A stretch of 64,000 nucleotides of DNA, taken from assembly GCA_002104905.1 (NCBI GenBank), contig MCFE01000344.1:26565-90564 (forward strand). The letters run 5' to 3'. Below the pieces are notes generated by a model that was given only the letters and a program-made list of their open reading frames with translations, was not told the origin of the DNA and made no database searches. The translations under genes and the position numbers were made by a program. Positions 54,122 through 63,619 of this stretch are shown here, piece after piece. Position 1 is the stretch's first letter; each line of letters starts with the position of its first letter. The DNA is from Basidiobolus meristosporus CBS 931.73 (Eukaryota; Fungi; Basidiobolomycota).

Positions 54122-55489
54122 TGGGCCATCGTGCACTTATTTTGCAATAAATATCATTGGAGAGTAGAACCCTATTCATTGATCCGGATCTGGTCTCACC
54201 ACGTTAACAAAATCTCGACTGGAGATGAGGGAAATTTATGATGTTTGTCAATCCATCCTTCTGGGTTGGCTACCATCAAAGGTTGTTTACGTTTCTAACC
54301 CTATCACAGGTTGATTGATACTTGTAAGAAAGATCTTTCATAACTACCCTTGGTCCACTGGCTGTATGAACAACATTCTGGAGCTTGCATCAGATTCCGC
54401 TGGTTGATCATATTCTATATTTGTGGTAGAACCAAGACTTAGTTAATACCGTTTATTTGAATAAATTCATCAACATGTGGTACACTTGAAGTGAAAGTGT
54501 GCAGGGGGAGAGATCAGCTCTATCCATAGCTTGGCAGAAATCATGGCTTTACTCACTGTGGTTGTTGTTGTCCTTGGTGTACCAATGCCAGAGATTTCCC
54601 AACAAAGGGAATGCTCAACTTCACCTCATCAGTCAACATCACTCTAGTGGATCAACTGTCGAAGTCAAGGATGGACCAGTGCAACCGCAGTCCCAGTGGA
54701 AACAACGCGCCGAAGAATAAGATTAAGGGGAAGCTCTCATTTGCCAACTTCAGAGTCTGCGCTGGGTGGCTCAGTACATCACTGGTGCGCAATCTCAAGG
54801 CCGAGGGATGTTGAACACGTGGAGGCTGAGCCAATCATCCATACCCCCACAAGCTTCATTGGAAGTGCAGGCCAGGATGATCACAATGTCTCACCAACAG
54901 GAGCATTCACTATTGTAGATGCTGCTCCCAACTATCGCCAACATGACCAATCCGCAGGTTGCAAAAGTCGTAGCACCCTACCTATTCCAAGGAGGCCTAG
55001 ACTCACCACGGCCGGTGTACAATGCACTCTCAGCATTGATCTGTACAGTGACACATACTAACCTCTTGGCCCAACACTCCAATCAGTCGATGAAGAGGGA
55101 ATAAAATTGCCTTTTTATGTTGCATTTTGCTTAATATTTTCAGTGAGTTAATGCTGAAACAATTTGATTTATACAACCTGGTTGCCATCATGACATACCA
55201 GAAACACGCCGAATGCTCTAATTACACACGTGTCCCATTTACCAGAAGTCCAATTGGTACAATCTACCCTGTCTATCATATTATCCAGATATGGGTGGGA
55301 TACGTACGGTTCACGTTGATCACCTGAAGCATTTGACTTAATACACTATCTGATTGTTGATATCAATTTTATTATAACGTTAATTGGGCTCCCACAGTGA
55401 AAAGCCTTACACAAAGTACTAATTTCAAGTTATTTTGCTTCAATTTGCTTTGTGTTCCTAATATTAAATACGTAGAATTGACATGTACT

Positions 55490-55740
55490 GTTTGCATTGC
55501 AAACTTTGTAATTACACCTATATGCTCACCTAAATTAGTCACTAGGATCATTGTCTACAAATGTTGGAGAATTCTGGCCAAATTCCTTGTTGGGATTTAC
55601 TTGATATTTTCACCATAATATCAAGGCACCCAGACCATGAACTTTCTCAAAGTATAACAGACAGCTACATACTTAGCACACATGCACTTGGGAACTTCCC
55701 AAGCTTATTATAAGTGTGTGTTTTGCTAAGACCATGTATA
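55490..55740 (+). repeat. Degenerate Copia LTR interrupted by a younger LTR
   Basis: LTR-like sequence through gctaagaccatgtata, then TGTTGTAAAA at 55741. Confidence 0.75.
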
Positions 55741-56301
55741 TGTTGTAAAAATTCATAATTCCACCTAAATATTCACCTAACCTGTCACTTGGATCAATAC
55801 CTACAAATCCTAGAGAATACTGACCAAATTTCTTTTTTGGTTTACTTGAATATTTTCACCAAAATATCAGGTACCTAGAGCATGAAAATTAGAAAGGTTG
55901 TCCAAACAGCCCCAAACTTTGCACACATGCTATTGGGACCTTTCTAAGCCCATTCTATGCATTTGTTTTGCCAAGACTATGTAAAAGTATAAATACCCCT
56001 TTTACATTTAATCAATCATTAAGTGAAAATCAAACAAACCACTCATTCTTCAAATCACTTCCAATATCTCCAAGACTCTTACAACAGACTATGAGTCCCA
56101 AGCTGTCACTCTCTGCCTTGTCTACTACTGCTATTTCTGGAATTTTCCCCACTGCCAAAAAGTTGGATGGATCTAACTGCCAAGTATGGAAGGTGAAGAT
56201 GAAGATGCTGACACATGAAAGAGGCCTTTGAGATATTGTCATGGGAGAAGAATGCCCTCCTAAAAGTGTGGAAGAGGAAACCTTAAAGTACCAGAAGAAA
56301 G
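55741..56301 (+). mobile_element. Truncated Copia: 5' LTR (55741-56086) + PBS + gag start
   Basis: LTR ends ttacaaca, followed by gactatgagtccc and KLDGSNCQVWKVKMK with an in-frame stop. Confidence 0.9.
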
Positions 56302-56714
56302 TGTTGTAAAAATTTGTAATTCCACCTAAATGTACACCTAGCTTAGTCACTTAGATCATTACATTCAAGTCCTAGAGAATACTGACCAAAATCCTTGTTG
56401 GGATTCACTTTTCCAAACAGCCCCAAGCTTTGCACACATGCTCTTGGAACCTTCCTAAATCTAGCCTTTGTGTTTGTTATGTCAAGACTATGTAAAAGTA
56501 TAAATACTCCTTTTACATTCAATAAATCATCAAGTGAAAACCACATAATCTATTTGTTCTCTTAAATTACTTCCAATATCTCCAGGACTCTTACAACAGG
56601 TTATGATCCCCAAGCTGTCACTCTCTGCAATGTCCACTACTGCTATTACTGGAATTTTTCCCTCTGCTGAAAAGTTGGATGGATCTAACTACCAAGTATG
56701 GAAGGTGAAGATGT
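56302..56714 (+). mobile_element. Truncated Copia: internally deleted LTR (56302-56598) + PBS + gag start
   Basis: The LTR lacks the ~50-bp hairpin segment. It is followed by ggttatgatcccc and gag up to gtgaagatg. Confidence 0.9.
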
Positions 56715-57412
56715 CCTATGAAAAATAATTTGGTCCTGTGGGTGGATCCAATCCAGATCAAATGCCAGGATCCCATTTAGAGACCATCATGATACCAGCA
56801 GCTTGGAATTAGTGACCCTCCTAATGATCTTATGACAGGATCACAATGGTGTTTTGCTAATTTTACAACCAAATAAAGGGATAAAACTTGACAAGATATA
56901 ATTGGTGCTGTGACAATATTTGCATGGTATTGTTTTGGTCTTTTAGTGCTCTATAACTATTTTAAGTGGATCCAATTGGCCAGGACATCCAATTGCTTTA
57001 TATGGCAAGAAACTTGAAGGTATTATGATGGCCTCACAGCAAGACTCTGATGGCATTATATTGGTAGTATGACAGCCTACAGCTGGTTCTGTATAAAGCT
57101 ACCGTACCAATTTACCAAATGGTGTTTCCTTTCTCTACCTCCCCTTATGCAATTCATATATTCCACTGTAGAATCACCCCTCTTTATTTGCCTACCCACT
57201 ACTACCTTTGGTATTCCACATATAGTTCAGATAAAAAAAAACTATGGCCTCCTGCTTACCAACCTCTATAAAGAAGCACACCTGCCACAAGTGACATACT
57301 TCTATCACCTCAACTTTACGGCTTTTAGTGTGATACTTGCAAAGATGCCATATACCTTGTACTGCTGATAACATATACATCTTGCAAACATATGCTTGGT
57401 TGTTGCCACTTC

Positions 57413-57944
57413 TGTTGTAAAAATTTGTATTCCCACCTAAATATTCACCTAACTTAGTCACTTAGATCATCACCTTCAAATCCTAGAGAATACTGACCAA
57501 ATTCCTTGTCAGGATTTACTTAAAACATTTTCACCAAAATACCAGGTACCCAGAACATGAAAATTCTCAAAGTTGTCCAAACAGCCCCAAACTTTGCACA
57601 CATGCTCTTGGGACCTTCCTTAACCTATTCTACATGTTTGTAATGCCAAGACCAGGTAAAAGTATAAATACTACTTTTACATTCAATAATTCATTAAGTG
57701 AAAACCTCATAATCTACTTGTTCTCCCAATCACTTCCAATATCTCCAAGACTCTTACAACAGGTTATGAGCCCCAAGCTGTCACTCTCTGCAATGTCTAC
57801 TACAGCTATTACTGGAATTTTTCCCTCTGCTGAAAAGTTGGATGGATCTAACTACCAAGTGTGGAAGGTGAAGATGAAGATGCTGCTACAAGAAAGAGGC
57901 CTTTGGGATATTGTCATGGGAGAAGAATGCCCTCCTAAAAACAT
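57413..57944 (+). mobile_element. Truncated young Copia: 5' LTR (57413-57761) + PBS + gag start, cut at a telomere-like junction
   Basis: High similarity to copies 1 and 2 up to cctcctaaaaac, then TAGGGTT TTTAGGG. Confidence 0.92.
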
Positions 57945-57954
57945 AGGGTTTTTA

Positions 57955-58895
57955 GGGGGGAGACAGTCACCAACAGGTGAAATCTTTATTTCAGTTGAAA
58001 CAAAGAAGCCAGCACTACTGTTGTAGCTTTGATACAAGAGTGTGTAGCTGAGGGGAATTTGTAGGTAAGTTAATAAGAAGTGATGATAGTTCTTCAGTGC
58101 TCAAGACACTGTTCAGTGGGAAGGGGGGTAGCAAGAGAGGTAAGAATGACTTGTGAACAACATTAATGAGGGGAATGTGATAAGGATTGATATTCATCAT
58201 AAAGGGAGTGTGCTGCTGCAGATACTGCTGCCAAAGGTCTGTCAAGTACCTCAGGTAGGCCAGCTTGGGTTTTTCTGACTGCAGAATATAGTGAGCAAAC
58301 TTCTTGATTTCAGGATCTCCAAGTATAGTTCTCCAGCAGGAGTCAGGTGTAGTGTGGTGTGTTCTCTTCCAGGCCTTAATCAGTGGGTTGTTGCAGTTGT
58401 GAAGTCTGAGGTATAATTTGGTTCTAAGGTAGAGAAGTCTGATCTTATAGGGCATAAACCCAAAAGCACCAAGAATAGCATGTCTGTAGGGGCATTCAGG
58501 CAAATGAGGCACCAAGGAGGTAATGCACCATACTGCAAACTTGTCAAGCTTAGTGCAGTCTCTAGAAGTAAGAGAGAGAAGTGGTAAGCCAAATTCCAGG
58601 ACAGGGAAGACAAACTGCTCGAGTAGAAGGAGGCAGCTGGGAGCTGAAGTTGTAGGAGGAGTAACAGCCAGTAGCTTGTGGAGTGCCTGTCTTGCAAGGA
58701 TAATTCTCTTCTTCAGGTGTGCTCCAGAGTCTAGTCCAGTAGGAAGGAAAGGAAAGCCAAGATATGTAGCAGAAACCTGAGCAGGTAGAGTGGAGTTCTG
58801 CAAGTTGATGGGAGAGCCCAAAGGTACTGTCTTTGCAATGGAAAGCTGGAGATTATTCTTCTGCAGATACTGGTGGATGGTCTGGGAGTCTTGTT
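57955..58895 (-). mobile_element. 5'-truncated copy (3' ~940 bp) of the telomeric non-LTR retrotransposon
   Basis: Near-identical to 59284-60224; ORF 58015-58895 matches the ORF2 C-terminus. Bounded by TTAGGG-type tracts on both sides. Confidence 0.95.
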
Positions 58896-58910
58896 GGGTT
58901 AGGGTTAGGG
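58896..58910 (+). repeat. Interstitial telomeric tract GGGTTAGGGTTAGGG
   Basis: Read directly. Confidence 0.9.
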
Positions 58911-59249
58911 GGAGGAAAGTCACCAAGTGGTGAAATCTTTATTTACTTATGACAAGTATTTAAAGAAGCCATGTTAATCTTAAGTTATTCCTAGAAAGCT
59001 AGGTCTGAGAGATATCTTCCTGGTAAGCCAGGTCTGAAAGCTGAGAAGCTGAGTGGTACTATATTTCCTAGTTAGCTAGGTCTGAGAGAGGTTTCCTGGA
59101 AAGCCAGGCCTGAGAAGTGAGAATCTGATTATATCTGAGCTAAGTTATATTGGTTTGCGGTAACTGAATTGTGGCCGGAATGGCCAGTAGACTGGGGGAA
59201 CTGAGAGGAATTTCTGGGCGATCACTGGCCAAATTTACTAGGCAAATCT
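58911..59249 (-). mobile_element. Short (339 bp) non-coding partner element sharing the 3' terminus of the telomeric LINE
   Basis: ggaggaaagtcaccaagtggtgaaatctttattt resembles gggagacagtcaccaacaggtgaaatctttattt. No ORF; internal ~77-bp duplication with four hairpins; telomeric tracts on both sides. Confidence 0.75.
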
Positions 59250-59283
59250 GGGTTAGGGTTAGGGTTGAGGCGAAGGGTTAGGG
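59250..59283 (+). repeat. Interstitial telomeric tract interrupted by GAGGCGAA
   Basis: GGGTTAGGGTTAGGGTT-GAGGCGAA-GGGTTAGGG. Confidence 0.9.
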
Positions 59284-59341
59284 GGGGAGACAGTCACCAA
59301 CAGGTGAAATCTTTATTTCAGTTGAAACAAAGAAGCCAGCG

Positions 59342-62110
59342 CTACTGTTGTAGCTTTGATACAAGAGTGTGTAGCTGAGGGGAATTAGTAGGTAAGTTAA
59401 TAAGAAGTGATGATAGTTCTTCAGTGCTCAAGACACTGTTCAGTGGGAAGGGGGGTAGCAAGAGAGGTAAGAATGACTTGTGAACAACATTAATGAGGGG
59501 AATGTGATAAGGATTGATATTCATCATAAAGGGAGTGTGCTGCTGCAGATATTGCTGCCAAAGGTCTGTCAAGTACTTCAGGTAGGCCAGCTTGGGTCTT
59601 TCTGACTGCAGAATAAATTCAGCAAACATCTTGACTTCAGGATCTCCAAGTATAGTTCTCCAGCAGGAGCCAGGTGTTGTGTGGTGTGTTCTCTTCCAGG
59701 CCTTAATCAGTGGGTTGTTGCAGTTGTGAAGTCTGAGGTATAATCTGGTTCTTAGGTAGAGAAGTCTGATCTTATAGGGCATAAACCCAAAAGCACCAAG
59801 AATAGCATGTCTGTAGGGGCATTCAGGCAAATGAGGCACCAAGGAGGTAATGCACCATACTGCAAACTTGTCAAGCTTAGTGCAGTCTCTAGAAGTAAGA
59901 GAGAGAAGTGGTAAGCCAAATTCCAGGACAGGAAAGACAAACTGCTTGAGTAGAAGGAGGCAGCTGGGAGCTGAAGTTGTAGGAGGAGTAACAGCCAGTA
60001 GCTTGTGGAGTGCCTGTCTTGCCAGGATAATTCTCTTCTTCAGGTGTGCTCCAGAGTCTAGTCCAGTAGGAAGGAAAGGAAAGCCAAGATATGTAGCAGA
60101 AACCTGAGCAGGTAGAGTGGAGTTCTCCAAGTTGATGGGAGTGCCCAAAGGTACTGTCTTTGCAATGGAAAGCTGGAGATTATTCTTCTGCAGATACTGG
60201 TGGATGGTCTGGGAGTCTTGTTGCACATTGGAGGATGATATTCTGATGTCATCAGCAAAGAGAGTAACCAGGCAGTCAGCTGAGAGTCTTGGGAAATCAT
60301 TCAGGAAGATGGCAAACAGTAAAGGACCAAGCACAGAGCCTTGAACCACTCCATTAGGAACTGAGAACACAGCTGATTGCTCACTTGGGTGCAGAATTCT
60401 TGCTTGTGGATCCAGAAACAGAGATCTGACAAGGAGGGTGAGAGAGGTACTGGAGAAGCATTGCAACTTGGACCAAAGCAGATTTCTGTCAACTGAATCA
60501 AAGGCCTTAGTAATATCAAACAGAACAGAGGGATACTTGCTCTGGAGAGAGTGATCTTGGCTAAGTATGACTGCATATTCCAAGGAGAGGCCAGGAACAA
60601 AGCCAAACTGCGCAGGATGAAACATGAGGGAGTCAGAGTAGAGCTCCTGAGCAAGCAGAAGCTCAAACACCTTTCTGCAGGTGGGCAGCAGAGATATTGG
60701 TCTGTAGGAGCTAGGATCCAGGTGCTTTCCTTTACCCTTGTACAGTGGCAGAACATTTGCAAAGGACCATTCCTCAGGAGTAGAAAGCTGGGCTGAGCAT
60801 TGCTGAAACAGTGGAAGCAGAAGTGCAGACATGGCCTTGGTACTAGTCTTCAGAAGCTCATAGGAGATTGTGTCCACACCTGGAGCAGTAGAGTTGGGAA
60901 GCCTCTTGAGCACATTATGGATTCTCCTTTGATCAAGTGCAAGTGGGATGGGCAGAGTCTTGAAGTCAGGATGAAAGCCAGGAGTTGAGTACTGCTTTGT
61001 AGAGAAGAAGATGTTAGCCAGCTGTTCTGTTGAAGGTAACTTCCTGGAAGAGGGCCTCATTGCCCTGTAGAGTCTTGATACTGTTCTTGTTATAGAGTTG
61101 GAAGATTGCAAAGGCAAGGAACTCATAATATGATCCCAGAGCTGAGTATGCAGAGTGTGGTGAATTGCCTTGGAGTGGTGTATTGCTGTCAGGAGGAGTT
61201 TCTCTGTTTTTGGGTTAGGGAAACTCAGGTAGCTTTGTTGCAGGGCTGAAACAATGGATTCCCATTTTCTTGAGGTAACAGCAGTAGTCTTGCATGGCAG
61301 TGAGAGGGAGGCAGACACCAGAATCAGATGCTTCACAAAGAGCCAGGCATAGTTGAGATCATCTGGCAGAGAAAGTAGCAAACTGGCAAGCTTCAAGTAG
61401 TTCCCAAAGTCTTTCTTCTGATTCTTGGTAGCTTTGTGGGTGAGCACAGTAAGTTTTGGCAGCTTCTTCTTCACAACTGGTTGCATAGAAAGGGACCAGG
61501 CTGGGTGGTCAGAGGCTCTCAGGGATCCTAGCTCAGCTGCAGAGAATTGCTTAACTTCATTCACAAAGTAGAGGGCAGCAGCAGAAGGGCAGATCCAGTC
61601 AACACATCTTTTCTCAGATTGAGCACCTAGTGCTAGCAGATGGCTTTCTCTCAGGAAGTTCAGTAGGAATGTAGACCTTGGCTTCATTCTTGCAGTCAGA
61701 GTAGTCTTGTTCTCAGGATGGGGAATGTTGAGATCTCCAAGCAAGATAATAGGTGTTGATATAGATTGCTGGTATTGCTGAACTTTCTGGCATATAACTT
61801 GCACTTCCTGAAGGGCAAGACTTGGAGGCAGATAGCAGAGCACCAGACTGATAGTTGGCAACTGGAGAGCAGCACAGTAAGGGGAGTAAAGAGGAACACA
61901 GAGCTGAGGAGTATTGATGGTAGAAGAGATGAAGCAGATAGAGGAGGTATTCTTTGTTCTAGGAGTAGAAAAGCAATATAGATTAGTCAAAAGTATAGAG
62001 GGTAGCTGGACATCAATCAAACACAGGAGGGAAAATCTTGAAAGAAGTCTCTCTAGAGTTGGTCTTGATGGCTGTATGCTGTTGCAGTTAAGCAACAGAA
62101 CTTCAGGTAG
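59342..62110 (-). CDS. ORF2: APE-like endonuclease + non-LTR reverse transcriptase (no initiating ATG; in frame with ORF1)
   Basis: EN motifs LNCNSI, CYLPP, IILLGDLN, VDWI, SDH. RT motifs APGVDTI, YRPISLL, QFGF, FDITKAFDSV, GVVQGSVLGPLLF, LFADD, YLG. No RNase H or CCHC motif seen. Confidence 0.95.
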   Translation of the reverse strand, partial: LPEVLLLNCNSIQPSRPTLERLLSRFSLLCLIDVQLPSILLTNLYCFSTPRTKNTSSICFISSTINTPQLCVPLYSPYCAALQLPTISLVLCYLPPSLALQEVQVICQKVQQYQQSISTPIILLGDLNIPHPENKTTLTARMKPRSTFLLNFLRESHLLALGAQSEKRCVDWICPSAAALYFVNEVKQFSAAELGSLRASDHPAWSLSMQPVVKKKLPKLTVLTHKATKNQKKDFGNYLKLASLLLSLPDDLNYAWLFVKHLILVSASLSLPCKTTAVTSRKWESIVSALQQSYLSFPNPKTEKLLLTAIHHSKAIHHTLHTQLWDHIMSSLPLQSSNSITRTVSRLYRAMRPSSRKLPSTEQLANIFFSTKQYSTPGFHPDFKTLPIPLALDQRRIHNVLKRLPNSTAPGVDTISYELLKTSTKAMSALLLPLFQQCSAQLSTPEEWSFANVLPLYKGKGKHLDPSSYRPISLLPTCRKVFELLLAQELYSDSLMFHPAQFGFVPGLSLEYAVILSQDHSLQSKYPSVLFDITKAFDSVDRNLLWSKLQCFSSTSLTLLVRSLFLDPQARILHPSEQSAVFSVPNGVVQGSVLGPLLFAIFLNDFPRLSADCLVTLFADDIRISSSNVQQDSQTIHQYLQKNNLQLSIAKTVPLGTPINLENSTLPAQVSATYLGFPFLPTGLDSGAHLKKRIILARQALHKLLAVTPPTTSAPSCLLLLKQFVFPVLEFGLPLLSLTSRDCTKLDKFAVWCITSLVPHLPECPYRHAILGAFGFMPYKIRLLYLRTRLYLRLHNCNNPLIKAWKRTHHTTPGSCWRTILGDPEVKMFAEFILQSERPKLAYLKYLTDLWQQYLQQHTPFMMNINPYHIPLINVVHKSFLPLLLPPFPLNSVLSTEELSSLLINLPTNSPQLHTLVSKLQQ

Positions 62111-63619
62111 TCAGGCAGAGGTTGTAGCTTCTTCAGAGGCAGCATTGACAATGTGACCTGCAGAGTCCCAGAGCTCTTCAAATGGTGCATCACTTAAGTC
62201 AGCAAGGAGGGAAATGGCATGATTCTTGAGGAAGTATGCCACATCATAGGAGGGGGCTTGTCTCTTGATGGCAGCAAAGAAAGACAGAATGGCAACATGG
62301 GCTGGAGGCTTGTTGAACAGTAGAGAGTCAGAGGATTCAGATTCTTCAGGCACTATCTTGAAGTCAGTTTTCAGCCAGTTAAGGTTCTTTGCCACAAAGG
62401 CAACAAATGGGTCAGCAATGTTTTGGTCTAGGATAACCTCCAGAATCTTCCCTTTTCTCCAGGCCAGGTTGACAATTCTTGAGAGCTGAATATTGCATGC
62501 CTTGAGTGCTTTCCTGATGTTGGAGATGGGAGTCCAGGGAACTTGCTTCAAGTACACCACAGTCCAGGTAGAAGCTGGTGGTAGGTTTGCTGGGGGCTTG
62601 TAAGTCCTTCTGTGTGGCAATGGAGCTGCAGTAGTCAGATTGGAGTCCACATTCTCAGTAGAGGGTTTTCTTGATGTGTCTTGCTGTATGGTACTGGAGC
62701 TGGATGTGCTGATAATTCTTGCTAGAACCTTGCCTGCATAAGTCTGAGGAATAGCTGAGGTAACTGTAGAGGTGGTGGCAGCTGGTGCAGGTGGAGAGGC
62801 AGAAACTGAAGCAGGAACTGAGGTCACCTGGGAGAAGGCAGTAGCAGCAGGTTTTCTGGGAGGAACAGAGTTCACTATCCAGTTGTTCTGTAAAACACTG
62901 GAGTAGCTTTTCTGTGGAACAGGATCTTGCTCTTGAACAGGAACAGAAGCAGGAGGCTGGGGCTGAGCAGTAGTGGTAAGGCAGTGGCACTCCAAGGAAG
63001 CTTTTTGCAAGGCATCTCTAGCAGTTTTCAGGGCAGTATTGGCTTCATTCTTGAGCTTCTTGCATTGGGCATCCAGTCTCTTGTTTTCAATAGCCAGGGC
63101 AGTATTGGCAACCTCTAAATCAGCAATTCTCTTCTCAATTGCAAGGAATCTCTGAAGAAATGCATCAGTAGAAGTGCTGGCATCTGGGAGAGCAGTGGCA
63201 GGAATAGACTCCATTGACAGTGGGCTTCTTGGAGGCAAGGAAAGTGGACTGGCAGATTCAGGCACAAAAGGAGATATCCTGGCAGGAGGAGAAGGAGTAT
63301 CCAAGGCAGTAACAGAGGCAATTCTTGTTGGTGAAGCAGCAGCAGGGGAGGCAAGCCTGTTCAGAAACTGGGCAGGAGAGAGTGCTTGAGGAGAGGGAGT
63401 CTTCAGCTTGCCAAGCATGTCTTCCATCAGAGTGATACCAATATTCCTGGTGCATTTGCAGAGAAAAGTAAGCTTCCTGAGTCTGCCAGCTCTTCCATTC
63501 CTTCTGATAGTTCCTTTGTTTCCACAGTTGGGGCAAGAAATCTTCTTGACAGACTTGTCAAAGCAATCAAGAACCTTCCTTTCAGGTGTAGTGGGCTCCT
63601 GTTGAGGTTTTGGTGGCAT
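62111..63619 (-). CDS. ORF1: N-terminal Cys zinc-ribbon-like motif, coiled coil, P/S/A-rich linker, RRM-like C-terminal domain
   Basis: ATG at 63619 (MPPKPQQ); CPNCG...FLCKC; heptads in FLAIEKRIADLEVANTALAIENKRL. Lies directly upstream of ORF2. Confidence 0.85.
   Translation of the reverse strand: MPPKPQQEPTTPERKVLDCFDKSVKKISCPNCGNKGTIRRNGRAGRLRKLTFLCKCTRNIGITLMEDMLGKLKTPSPQALSPAQFLNRLASPAAASPTRIASVTALDTPSPPARISPFVPESASPLSLPPRSPLSMESIPATALPDASTSTDAFLQRFLAIEKRIADLEVANTALAIENKRLDAQCKKLKNEANTALKTARDALQKASLECHCLTTTAQPQPPASVPVQEQDPVPQKSYSSVLQNNWIVNSVPPRKPAATAFSQVTSVPASVSASPPAPAATTSTVTSAIPQTYAGKVLARIISTSSSSTIQQDTSRKPSTENVDSNLTTAAPLPHRRTYKPPANLPPASTWTVVYLKQVPWTPISNIRKALKACNIQLSRIVNLAWRKGKILEVILDQNIADPFVAFVAKNLNWLKTDFKIVPEESESSDSLLFNKPPAHVAILSFFAAIKRQAPSYDVAYFLKNHAISLLADLSDAPFEELWDSAGHIVNAASEEATTSA

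Noticed and set aside
56715-57410. Protein-like fragments between the Copia stubs
   Set aside because: Multiple stops and no identifiable family.
61212-61220. GGGTTAGGG inside ORF2 (another at ~5763-5772)
   Set aside because: Single 9-mers, expected by chance. The one in ORF2 is in-frame coding sequence (FPNP) with no junction.
59342-62110. ORF2 as telomerase RT, a Penelope/Athena RT or a MoTeR-type element
   Set aside because: It has an N-terminal APE domain and LINE-type RT motifs. No TERT T/CP motifs, GIY-YIG or C-terminal restriction-like endonuclease were seen.
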